From: Terriglobia bacterium | Lineage (GTDB): Bacteria > Acidobacteriota > Terriglobia > 20CM-2-55-15 | DNA length: 64,000 nucleotides | Assembly (NCBI GenBank): GCA_963664115.2 | Contig: CAXWPJ010000002.1 | Coordinates: forward strand, 544,001 to 608,000 | Reading direction: 5' to 3' | Shown: in pieces, positions 48,990-57,785 of the stretch | Numbering within the stretch: the stretch's first letter is position 1 | Layout of the letters: each line of letters starts with the position of its first letter | The notes under the pieces: model-generated | The model's input: the letters and a program-made list of their open reading frames with translations, nothing else | What the model was told of the DNA's origin: nothing | Database searches by the model: none | Program-made: the position numbers and the translations under genes

Positions 48990-49826
48990 TTATTGCTTGC
49001 CCTCATCGCGCTCCAGCTTTATTGCCCTGACGAGGTATTCGAAAGCAATCTTAGACTTGACGAACACATCGACCGATTCCTCGTCCGTTTTCAAATCGAG
49101 AGCATCACTGAACAGGTCGCAGAGCGGGTCCAGTGGATCCTGAGCTCTTGACTCAAGGGGCGGGGACACCATCTTGGATACCCACTCGATTTTCTGCTTC
49201 GCACCGTTCGAACTTCTTACTTCTTCCCAGTCTCGCAGTTCCTCATCCGATGCGTCAGCGTTTCGAGCCGCTTCGGCGCCCTGTTCCAGCATGCCGTCCA
49301 GTGTATGTCCGACAACCCGGCGCAAGTAAGATACGGCTCCGATGCCGAAATTCGAGTTCCGGTTACTCAGCGCTTGCCGATAAAGTTTCAGGTCAGAATC
49401 CGACAGCAAGTTCGAAATTTCACGGGAAACATCGAGGAAGTAGTGAAGAGGCGGGTACTGGCCAATTTTCTGAAACAGACCACCCTCCTCCGTCAGATAC
49501 CAGTAAAACGTAAAATAAACCTCTCGCCGATCGCAAACCTGGCACTTGTAGATAGCGTCGTGGGGTTCGGTGTTGAGGTAAATCCGACCCTCCGCGCCCA
49601 CTCCGCCTCCCGTCCGTCTCCAACGCTGTTCGGTTTTGCAGGTCTTACAGGGAAGAATAATCTCTTGAGGGAGGACTCCGAAAGTCGCGTCCTCTGAGTC
49701 GAGGAAGTGCCTGTCCTGTTCGCTATATTCAAATCGTCTGTATAGAGGCCAGGACTGAAGCACTTCGATCAGCCCCTCCGTTAATTCACGAAAGACTTCA
49801 AGTCCGTCCGGCATCTGCTGCGTCAT
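48990..49826 (-). CDS. Hypothetical protein with N-terminal CxxC/CxxC and DUF4145/HEPN-like C-terminal region
   Basis: CKTC, CQVC, KIGQYP, LYRQAL......GIGA.SYLRRV. Confidence 0.7.
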   Translation of the reverse strand: MTQQMPDGLEVFRELTEGLIEVLQSWPLYRRFEYSEQDRHFLDSEDATFGVLPQEIILPCKTCKTEQRWRRTGGGVGAEGRIYLNTEPHDAIYKCQVCDRREVYFTFYWYLTEEGGLFQKIGQYPPLHYFLDVSREISNLLSDSDLKLYRQALSNRNSNFGIGAVSYLRRVVGHTLDGMLEQGAEAARNADASDEELRDWEEVRSSNGAKQKIEWVSKMVSPPLESRAQDPLDPLCDLFSDALDLKTDEESVDVFVKSKIAFEYLVRAIKLERDEGKQ

Positions 49827-49881
49827 GAGTTCTCTATTAACTTCTGGCTCTTCATGGCCCCTTTTCCTTCTATATTCCGCA

Positions 49882-49955
49882 TGACCCTGGGCGGACTCGA
49901 ACCGCCGACCTCCGGTTTAGGAAACCGCTGCTCTATCCACCTGAGCTACAGGGCC
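49882..49955 (-). tRNA. tRNA-Arg(CCT), CCA not encoded
   Basis: GGCCCTGTAGCTCAGGTGGATAGAGCAGCGGTTT-CCT-AAACCGGAGGTCGGCGGTTCGAGTCCGCCCAGGGTCA cloverleaf; TGCTAGAAT extended -10 just upstream. Confidence 0.95.
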
Positions 49956-50082
49956 GTATCGTAATTCTAGCAAGTTACGGAAACTTTTCGGGAGCGTCTG
50001 GGCCCCTTGTGCCCTCAATTGTGCCTAGACAGTCCCCGGAATTGGACGGGCCCGCGTCCATGCTAATCGGAGGTAACGCAAT

Positions 50083-50280
50083 ATGGTAACTTCCCACGAG
50101 ACTTTGGCAAACCTACCGGCTCAGCTCTACAAATACTCCAGTCTCCAAGAAAAACGTGCGGACTGGATTGAACAACTGTTAGTCGACGGAAGGCTATATT
50201 TCCCCAGACCAGCTCAGTTCAACGATCCCCTTGATTGTCGCATTCCCCCAACCTTTGAAGCATCAGAGCTGAAGATGCTG
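50083..50280 (+). pseudogene. N-terminal fragment of a DUF2971-like protein
   Basis: GGAGGT RBS; LYKY, LYF..P.QFNDPLDC, then reads into non-homologous sequence. Confidence 0.6.
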
Positions 50281-50523
50281 ACCCCGACCCAACCGAGCCA
50301 CACTAACAGCCGAAACCACCCGTACCACGCAAACATACCCAAAGCCGTGGACAGAGGGAATTGCCAAATTCTGGACAGAGGCATACCGTTAAGCGTCACG
50401 TCGATGAGAGCATAGGGGCCTTAAAGGCAGGAAGGGTATGCGGTGAATCTCTTCAATCGAGCGGAGGGTTCGCGCTCCGGAATCCTAGGTCGTTATTGCA
50501 GGGTACTTGGCCGTCTTTTTCTC

Positions 50524-50918
50524 CTAAAAGAATTTCACTGTATACGAGAACCGGACGCCGCGCCCGATTTCCGGCGCGAGATCCTTGATGAAGCTCACGT
50601 GATTCCGGTACAGCGTATCGCCGATGTTGAAAACCGCCATGGCGAGGTGATGCGAGAAGTGCTGCCGGGGAATTGTGTACGACGCTTTCAGGTTTGCGAC
50701 GGTGTAGCCGGAGGTGGGTGTTTCGGTCGTGAAGACATCACGACGCGCGTCGGCCATCACGATCTCAGGCTTAATGCTCAAGCCGCCATAGACAATCTCC
50801 AAGCCGACGGTTCCGCGGAGGGGAGGGATGCGCGGAAGAGGCAGCGAGCTCTGCCTGAGTTTGGTATCCACCGAGTCCAGAGCTAGGTTGAACCAAAGGT
50901 TCTCATGAACTCCGATGT
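50524..50918 (-). pseudogene. C-terminal fragment of a TonB-dependent receptor
   Basis: LPRIPPLR, ET.T.GY, N...Y.NH.S..KD.APE.GR, terminal Phe; truncated at the IS1380 end, with no continuation beyond the IS. Confidence 0.8.
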
Positions 50919-50922
50919 CTAG

Positions 50923-52771
50923 CCCCTGAACAAGCGTGATTGACGAGGAAATGATAGTGCAATAAGAGCGGAAGTACCCGAAATGCCCCCTCTCCGTGCG
51001 AAAAAAACCTTGAACAGATTCTTCGGAAAAGGAGGCATTTCAGATGAACGATTATACGCGCAAGAACATGAGGAACCGCAAGCGGCGAATCGAACGTCGG
51101 CTTGGGGACCGGCATTGGACGGATCAGGTAGAGCCGATGTTTTCGGCGAGCAACATTCAGTACGAGATGGGAGAGCGGACGCGGGGCACATCGGTTGGTG
51201 GTATCGGGACGATGCAACTGGTGGCGCGGCGGACCGGGCTGATCGAAGCCATCGACAAGGGCGTGCATGTGTTGAAGCGGCACCTGCCGTATCACGAGTC
51301 GGATCACGTGCTGAACATCGCCTACAACGCCTTGAGCGGAGGAACGTGCCTGGAAGACATCGAACTGCGGCGCAACGATGCGGTGTATCTGGATGCGCTG
51401 GGAGCGCAACGGATTCCGGATCCGACGACGGCGGGAGACTTCTGCCGGAGATTCGAGGCCGACGACGTGGAGTGTCTGATGGAGGCAACCAATCAAGTCC
51501 GGCTCGGAGTCTGGCGACAGCAACCGGCGGCGTTTTTCGAAGAAGCGGTGTTGGACGCGGACGGGACACTGGCCGAAACCACGGGGGAATGCAAGCAAGG
51601 GATGGACGTGGCCTACGACGGGACGTGGGGATATCACCCGCTGATGATCTCGCTGGCCAACACCGCCGAACCGCTGTATCTGGTCAATCGTAGCGGCAAC
51701 CGGCCGTCGCATGAAGGAGCCGCGGTCCGGTTCGACCAAGCCATCGCATTGTGCCGGCATGCGGGGTTTCGCCAGATCCTGCTGCGCGGGGACACGGACT
51801 TCAGCCAGACCCGGCATCTGGACGGATGGGACGACCAGCAGGTGGGTTTCATATTCGGGATTGACGCGATGGCGAACCTGAAGGCCCGGGCCGATGAACT
51901 GGAGCCGCGCCAGTGGAAGCGCCTGGAACGGCCCGCGAAATACGACGTGGCGACCGAACCGCGCCAACGTCCCGACAACGTGAAGGAAGAGATCGTTCGG
52001 CAGCGCGGTTTCGACAATATCCGCTTGCAGGGTGAGGATGTGGCCGAGTTTCGGTATCGACCCGGAGCCTGCGATCGGGACTACCGTGTCGTCGTGGTGC
52101 GGAAGAATCTGTCGGTGGCCAAAGGAGAGCAGGTGTTGTTTGACGACATCCGGTACTTCTTCTACATTACCAACCGTTCGGATCCGGCCGACCAGATTGT
52201 GATGCGTGCCAATCAACGGTGCAATCAGGAGAATCTCATTGAGCAGTTGAAGAACGGCGTTCAGGCGTTGCGGATGCCGGTCGGAGATCAGACCAGCAAC
52301 TGGGCCTACATGGTGATCGCGTCACTGGCCTGGACACTGAAAGCGTGGTTTGCATTGCTGCTTCCCGAAACCGGACGTTGGGGCCAAAAATATCAGGCTG
52401 AGAAGCAAACCGTGCTGCGCATGGAGTTCAAAACCTTCTTGAACGCTTTCATGCTTGTGCCGTGCCAACTCGTGCGCACCGGGCGGCGCATTCTGTTCCG
52501 GATCCTGGCCTGGAACCGGTGGTTGCCGGTCTTGTTCCGCGGGGTGGATGTGTTGCGTCAGCCTCTGCGATGTTGACCCGATCATGACTCTGAGCCCGGG
52601 CGATCGAGGTCCCGGTTTCTGTCAACCGTCCAACACCAGCGAGGCTGAACTGAAACAGATTCAACAGAAACTCGATACCTGGAACAGGCCATCCGGGAAC
52701 GGGATTCTATGCCTCGAATTCTATCGGCGCGAACTGGGCCTCGGCGGACTGGTTATGCGCTTGTTTTGGGA
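50923..52771 (+). mobile_element. IS1380-family insertion sequence
   Basis: Ends CCCCTGAACAAGCG and (reverse complement) TCCCAAAACAAGCG; flanked by CTAG at 50919-50922 and 52772-52775. Confidence 0.88.
51044..52576 (+). CDS. IS1380 transposase
   Basis: PDPTT.GDF, LD.DGT, GYHPL, R.GN, RGD..F, R...EN.I..LK. Confidence 0.92.
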   Translation: MNDYTRKNMRNRKRRIERRLGDRHWTDQVEPMFSASNIQYEMGERTRGTSVGGIGTMQLVARRTGLIEAIDKGVHVLKRHLPYHESDHVLNIAYNALSGGTCLEDIELRRNDAVYLDALGAQRIPDPTTAGDFCRRFEADDVECLMEATNQVRLGVWRQQPAAFFEEAVLDADGTLAETTGECKQGMDVAYDGTWGYHPLMISLANTAEPLYLVNRSGNRPSHEGAAVRFDQAIALCRHAGFRQILLRGDTDFSQTRHLDGWDDQQVGFIFGIDAMANLKARADELEPRQWKRLERPAKYDVATEPRQRPDNVKEEIVRQRGFDNIRLQGEDVAEFRYRPGACDRDYRVVVVRKNLSVAKGEQVLFDDIRYFFYITNRSDPADQIVMRANQRCNQENLIEQLKNGVQALRMPVGDQTSNWAYMVIASLAWTLKAWFALLLPETGRWGQKYQAEKQTVLRMEFKTFLNAFMLVPCQLVRTGRRILFRILAWNRWLPVLFRGVDVLRQPLRC

Positions 52772-52810
52772 CTAGCTAGAACCTGCGTTGCTGCCAGGGG
52801 TAGTGCCGCC

Positions 52811-53070
52811 GGGGACAGAGCCCTCTGGCGCCATTTTTCGAGTGTCCAAACCTAAGCGCCATGGCCGTTGGAAAAATGGGGCCTGAGTGCTCTGTCCCCT
52901 TACTGCGGGGAGCAGAAATGGTACGTGAGCGGGGAGCAGAAATTGGGCCTGAGTGCTCTGTCCCCTTACTGCGGGGAGCAGAAGTGGTATGTGTGCGGGG
53001 AGCAGAAATCGGGCTTGTGTCCCCTTTCTGCGGGGAGCAGAAATGGCACCTGAGTGCTCGGTCCCCCTAC
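52811..53070. repeat. REP-like cluster: inverted pair plus tandem mosaic array
   Basis: 52811-52838 is inverted to 52872-52899 (25/28); four AAAT-G-rich..GTCCCC units interleaved with five GCGGGGAGCAGAA units. Confidence 0.85.
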
Positions 53071-53288
53071 TTGGCCTTTACACTCGACTGAAAGCCGGCA
53101 TCCTTGTGGGATCCGTCGCAGAACGGTTTGTTGGCCGATGCACCGCAACGGCAGAGCGAAACAGCGGGACGCCCGGTGAGGTCAAATTCTTGACCCTCCG
53201 CATCTTTCAGGGCAAAACTGCCCGAGACTCTCAGTGGTCCATTGTCGATTGCGACGATGTTGGTTGTTTCGCCGGTTGATTCGCCCAT
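53067..53288 (-). CDS. CDGSH iron-sulfur domain protein
   Basis: NGPL.V.G, LCRCG.S.NKPFCDGSH. Confidence 0.92.
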   Translation of the reverse strand: MGESTGETTNIVAIDNGPLRVSGSFALKDAEGQEFDLTGRPAVSLCRCGASANKPFCDGSHKDAGFQSSVKAK

Positions 53289-53392
53289 TCAGGTGATCCT
53301 TCTTCTCTTTTGATCGATTGTAATCCCTTGAAAATACATTACTAAGCGGCTGTGTTCCAGCCAGAGCCCGCTTACTCTACCACATATAGACA

Positions 53393-53420
53393 TTGTCTCG
53401 GATCAGCCTGGTGGTATAAT
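53393..53420 (+). promoter_or_regulatory. Sigma70-type promoter for the dksA/traR-like gene
   Basis: TTGTCT-N16-TATAAT with extended -10 TG. Confidence 0.55.
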
Positions 53421-53628
53421 CCCGCGCTCTGCTTGTCGTTTCGGAAAAAATTTGGAGGAGCCGGACTTCGGGCTGAAACGAAACGGGGTCAAGCAACGTC
53501 TATTAGATGTTCACATTGCTTGAAGTGGCCCCCGAATTGCCTACATTTGAAAAGGGAGAGCACATCCCGAAAGCCAACTGGACTTTTACGAAGGATAGGT
53601 CCAGGGAAGCAGGTCCAAGGAGGAGAAG

Positions 53629-54024
53629 ATGGACAAGAGAAAACTAGGGCGACTCCAGAAGGCGCTGTCTGACGAGCGCGAGACCCTGGTACGGACAATG
53701 AACCGGAATCGTGTGGCTGAAGAAGAAATTCTTGTTGAGAAGACGGAAGATGAGGGCGACCTCGCCCTGATCAACCACAACAAGGAACTCCGCTACAATC
53801 TTCACGAATCGGATTTTCGCCGACTGACGGCGATCGAGGATGCGCTCAAGCGCATTCAGCGGGAAGAGTACGGCGTGTGCACGGAGTGTGAGCAAGACAT
53901 TAACGAAAAGAGACTCGTCGCGGTCCCGTGGGCGATGACGTGTATCGCCTGCCAGGAAGAGGTCGAGCGGGAAGATGCCTCAGAGACCACGATGGCGGGC
54001 GTGACGCGTCAATCCCGAAGCTAG
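53629..54024 (+). CDS. TraR/DksA family C4 zinc-finger transcription factor
   Basis: DEGD coiled-coil tip, YG.CTEC...I..KRL.A.P....CIACQ; AGGAGG RBS. Confidence 0.92.
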   Translation: MDKRKLGRLQKALSDERETLVRTMNRNRVAEEEILVEKTEDEGDLALINHNKELRYNLHESDFRRLTAIEDALKRIQREEYGVCTECEQDINEKRLVAVPWAMTCIACQEEVEREDASETTMAGVTRQSRS

Positions 54025-54036
54025 ACCACCCCCTAC

Positions 54037-54759
54037 CTATCGTATCAACATTTGGGCGATCAGAAAGAGACCGACCCCGGCGAACACAACGAATGCCAGT
54101 TTCACGCCGGGTTCGCGATTAACCTCCGGCATCAGGTCCGAGGCGGCCACGTAAAGCGTGGCGCCAGCGGATATAGGAAGCGCATAGGACGGCGAACTGC
54201 CGGTTGACAAGACCGCGACAACCCCACCTACAGTTGAGACACCCAGTAGCACAGCGGCGTTAAGAGATTGTCGTCCGGAAAAACCCGAACTCAGCGCTAT
54301 CGAGGAGACGGTGAAACCGTCGGGAATCTTGTGAATCAGCACTGCAAAAAAGACCAATAAACCTGTTCGCGTGGATATTTGAAAGCCCGCCCCGATCGCC
54401 ACGCCGTCGAAGAAAGTGTGAACGAGAAGACCGACTAATGCAGATAGACCGACAGAGCGGTTGACCATCTCTTCGTGGTGTGTTTCCTCACCGAAATGCA
54501 GGTGAGAAGCGATGGTGTGTTCGAAGGCGTGGACGATTAGGTATCCCGCAAGAACCCACATCGGTGCGTCGTCGACGATTGCCAGACTTTCGGGCAACAT
54601 CTCGAGAAATACGGCGCCCAGCATGAACCCCGATCCCAGGGCAATGAAGTAACGTAAGCTCGACCGTGCCCAGCGGTGCGTTGTCACCATCGCTCCACCG
54701 AGCACGTTCGTGCCGGCGGCGACGACGGCCAGTAATAGCGGTAGCAGGTATGAGGGCAT
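54037..54759 (-). CDS. ZIP family metal transporter
   Basis: His-rich loop HLHFGEETHH, HTFFDG, HKIPDG, DLMPE. Confidence 0.9.
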   Translation of the reverse strand: MPSYLLPLLLAVVAAGTNVLGGAMVTTHRWARSSLRYFIALGSGFMLGAVFLEMLPESLAIVDDAPMWVLAGYLIVHAFEHTIASHLHFGEETHHEEMVNRSVGLSALVGLLVHTFFDGVAIGAGFQISTRTGLLVFFAVLIHKIPDGFTVSSIALSSGFSGRQSLNAAVLLGVSTVGGVVAVLSTGSSPSYALPISAGATLYVAASDLMPEVNREPGVKLAFVVFAGVGLFLIAQMLIR

Positions 54760-54841
54760 TTGACCTTGAATCAGTTGAAAGTGATGAGTTAAGAGCTGAA
54801 ATTTTGGGGGCGCCTCTTAAACTCTTAGCTCTTAAGTTACT

Positions 54842-55906
54842 TCATCCACTGTGTCTGACGTTCACGATGTCGCCGTCCTGGACCTCGTATCCTTTGCCTT
54901 CGAGCCGCAACAGTCCTTTATCCCTCAGAGGTCCAAAACCGGGGTGCTCCCTGAAGTCGGCAAAATGTGCGACCTCTGCTCGAATGAAATGCTTTTCAAG
55001 GTCCGTGTGAATGACACCCGCCGCTTTCTGGGCCGTTGTGCCCTTTCGGATCGTCCATGCCCGACACTCATCTTCGCCCACGGTTAAGAAAGAGATGAGC
55101 CCAAGCAAGTGATAGGTCGAGCGGATCAATCGGACCATCCCTGTTTCCGTCAGGCCATAGTCTTCAAGGAAGCTGTCGAGATCCTCGGGCGGGAGTTCTG
55201 TCATCTCGGCTTCCAATTTTCCGCAGATATAGACTCTTTCCGTATTGGGCGGTGAGTCTTTTGCCGGGTCCTGGCTCAGTTCCCCGATCTGATCTTCTCC
55301 ACGGTTAATGGCATAGATCATAGGCTTCTCGGAAAGGAACGCGAAACCTCGCATGCGTTTGCGGTCCGTCTCGGGTATGTCCATCTCGCGCAACGGGTGC
55401 TCGGATTCGAGCCAATTTTGGGCCTGAACAAGAAAATCGCGTTCGCGTTCCAATTCTGCGTCTTTCAGCTTCTTGAGATCCTTGTTGAGCCGTTCAAGCC
55501 GTTTTTCAACCGACGCGAGATCGGCAAGTATCAATTCGGCATCGAAGTTTCGGATGTCGCGCTCGGGGTCGATGGAGCTTTCGGAATGGGGGACGGCCGC
55601 GTCATCAAAAGCCCGGACCACATGAACCATGGCGTCGACGTCCCGAACAGGATCCAGAGCCAGGTCCCTGCCTTTACCGCGCACAAGTCCAGCGACATCA
55701 ACGAATTCCACCGTTGCGTAAGTCACCTTAAGCGGTTCAAACACGGATGCCAGGAAAGCCACTCTCTCGTCCGGCACCTGGACGACACCTACGTTCGGCT
55801 GTGATTTGCGGCCTCTTTTTGAGACCACATCGATGGCCGCTCGAGTCAGGATTCTGAAAATTGTTGTTTTGCCGGCCTGGGGGAGACCGACGATTCCGGC
55901 TTTCAT
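54842..55906 (-). CDS. ychF: YchF/Obg-family ATPase with TGS (DUF933) domain
   Basis: GIVGLP..GKT, DVAGL, AG.IHTD....FIRAE, LRLEGK.Y.V.DGD. Confidence 0.85.
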   Translation of the reverse strand: MKAGIVGLPQAGKTTIFRILTRAAIDVVSKRGRKSQPNVGVVQVPDERVAFLASVFEPLKVTYATVEFVDVAGLVRGKGRDLALDPVRDVDAMVHVVRAFDDAAVPHSESSIDPERDIRNFDAELILADLASVEKRLERLNKDLKKLKDAELERERDFLVQAQNWLESEHPLREMDIPETDRKRMRGFAFLSEKPMIYAINRGEDQIGELSQDPAKDSPPNTERVYICGKLEAEMTELPPEDLDSFLEDYGLTETGMVRLIRSTYHLLGLISFLTVGEDECRAWTIRKGTTAQKAAGVIHTDLEKHFIRAEVAHFADFREHPGFGPLRDKGLLRLEGKGYEVQDGDIVNVRHSG

Positions 55907-55988
55907 TGGGAGGGTCTCAAAATAGCCGTTGTGCTGTGTCGCTGCATGGGTAAGTGAAACCTTAGCATATATTTCCGCAATTTTTAGG

Positions 55989-56044
55989 TTGACAGGCTCT
56001 GGACCTGTAAGTAGATTGATGTGGACAGAAGTGGTCCAAAGTAG
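55989..56044 (+). promoter_or_regulatory. dcw operon promoter with MraZ-binding boxes
   Basis: TTGACA-N17-TAGATT followed by GTGG/GTGG/GTAG at 10-bp spacing (56021, 56031, 56041). Confidence 0.7.
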
Positions 56045-56064
56045 TCTATATAGGACTCAACGCT

Positions 56065-56496
56065 ATGCTTCGTGGCAATCAACCAGCAAGAATCGACGAA
56101 AAAGGCAGATTGAAGATTCCAACTGTCTTCCGCGGAGACATAGAAGATTCCTGGGGCAGCGATTTCTACGTCACCAGCATCACCGGTCAATCCGTCCGAG
56201 TTTATCCCTTATCTGTCTGGCAAGAAATAGAAGAACGACTCACCAATCTTCCTGCCTTTAACCCTACCAAAAAAAGATTTCTGGACCGAACGAACTACTA
56301 CGGCCAGTTATCCTCCATGGACAAACAAGGGCGGATTCTCATTGCTCCCCATTTGCGGGAGTCGGCTGACATGACGGGCGAAGTCGCTGTCTTGGGATAT
56401 TTGAATTATCTGGAGGTGTGGAACGACACCAGATATCTGAAACGGCTTGAGGATGAGCCGTTTACCGACGAAGACGAGGAGCAGTTGGGAATATAA
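56065..56496 (+). CDS. mraZ: Transcriptional regulator MraZ
   Basis: Two D.KGR/D.QGR SpoVT-AbrB repeats, LEVW. Confidence 0.95.
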   Translation: MLRGNQPARIDEKGRLKIPTVFRGDIEDSWGSDFYVTSITGQSVRVYPLSVWQEIEERLTNLPAFNPTKKRFLDRTNYYGQLSSMDKQGRILIAPHLRESADMTGEVAVLGYLNYLEVWNDTRYLKRLEDEPFTDEDEEQLGI

Positions 56497-56508
56497 CCGT
56501 GCCAAATC

Positions 56509-57369
56509 ATGCATCCCCATACGCCGGTCCTGCTCGAAGAAGTTTTGCATTATCTGAACCCCCAATCGGGGGGGCACTTTATAGACGCCACACTGGGCGC
56601 GGGCGGTCATGCTGCGGCGATTCTCGAACGTACCGCTCCGGGTGGACGATTGTTGGCTATCGATCACGATGCGGATGCACTGGCAGTGGCCCGCGAAACG
56701 CTGACTGCGCACGAGTCGAGAACGATATTCGTTCAGGCCAATTTCAGCGAGATCGCTGACGTCGCCGCCTCGGAAGGCTTTCCGGAGGCGGATGGAGTGT
56801 TGGCTGATCTTGGAGTTTCCTCAATGATGCTCGATCAAGCAGAGCGCGGATTTTCTTTCCAATCGGATGGTCCGCTCGATATGAGGATGGATCAACGTCA
56901 GCAAGTGACAGCTGCTGACATCGTCAACCACACCAAGGAACGAGAACTGGCCGACATTATTTACCAGCTGGGAGAAGAGCGAAGGTCGCGTCCCCTGGCC
57001 CGGGCCATTCTCCGGTCGCGGCCACACCATACCACCCGTGATCTGGTCCGAGCGATTGAATCAGTCAGCGGTAAGCCCCGCTACGGACGGATTCATCCAG
57101 CGACTCGGACCTTCATGGCCCTACGCCTGGCTGTGAACCATGAGTTGGAAAACCTGGAAACATTCTTAAACGTTGCTCCTGACCTCTTGAAGAAAGGCGG
57201 GCGCATGGTCGTGATCAGTTTTCATTCACTCGAGGATAGGATCGTGAAGCACCGGATGAGGGCGCAGGGCGGCGTCCTTACCAAGAAGGTGATTCGGGCC
57301 CAAGACGCCGAACGCGATCGAAACCCGCGTGCACGCAGTGCCAAGTTACGCGCCGTGGAGAGAAACTAA
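56509..57369 (+). CDS. rsmH: 16S rRNA m4C1402 methyltransferase
   Basis: H.PVLL.E, DATLG.GGH, DLGVSS, PLDMRM, FHSLEDR, NPRARSAKLR. Confidence 0.96.
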   Translation: MHPHTPVLLEEVLHYLNPQSGGHFIDATLGAGGHAAAILERTAPGGRLLAIDHDADALAVARETLTAHESRTIFVQANFSEIADVAASEGFPEADGVLADLGVSSMMLDQAERGFSFQSDGPLDMRMDQRQQVTAADIVNHTKERELADIIYQLGEERRSRPLARAILRSRPHHTTRDLVRAIESVSGKPRYGRIHPATRTFMALRLAVNHELENLETFLNVAPDLLKKGGRMVVISFHSLEDRIVKHRMRAQGGVLTKKVIRAQDAERDRNPRARSAKLRAVERN

Positions 57370-57785
57370 TGTCCACCATCGATATCCACTTCGACAAGAA
57401 GATCGACAACTCCCGCATAGTTCGAGAGCCCGACGCACGGTGCCGCCGTGAGTACATGTGCCTGACTCTGCTGGGTGCGATGTTTGTCCTGGGGATACTG
57501 TTCTATGCCTGGCAGCAGTATCAATGGATACAGTATGGGTATCGGATTGAAGAGTCGCACCGGCAGATTGAAGAACTTGCCGAGGTGGGACGTCAGCTTC
57601 GTGTCGAGCGTGCGACGCTGGCCAATCCTCAAAGAATCGACTCGATTGCCCGGACAGAATTGGGAATGGTAGGACCGGGGGCCGGTCAGATCGTGGTGGT
57701 CGAAACAGATTTCGGCTCCACCGACCGGGCTGAGCCTGTCGAAACCTTGTTGGCTCGAAGAGAATTTGCTGGCAATACCCGCTGA
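57369..57785 (+). CDS. ftsL: Cell division protein FtsL
   Basis: One TM helix plus coiled coil, P.RI..IA...LGM; position after rsmH. Confidence 0.88.
   Translation: MSTIDIHFDKKIDNSRIVREPDARCRREYMCLTLLGAMFVLGILFYAWQQYQWIQYGYRIEESHRQIEELAEVGRQLRVERATLANPQRIDSIARTELGMVGPGAGQIVVVETDFGSTDRAEPVETLLARREFAGNTR

Noticed and set aside
50903-52216. 437-aa minus-strand ORF
   Set aside because: Antisense shadow of the IS1380 transposase
52870-53070. Possible CRISPR array
   Set aside because: The sequences between repeats are themselves repeated, unit lengths are irregular, and there are no cas genes; treated as a REP-like array
54770-54841. AT-rich short-repeat imperfect palindrome (TTAAGAGCT...AGCTCTTAA) between ychF and the ZIP gene
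   Set aside because: Too short and degenerate to assign as a Zur box or repeat family without a search
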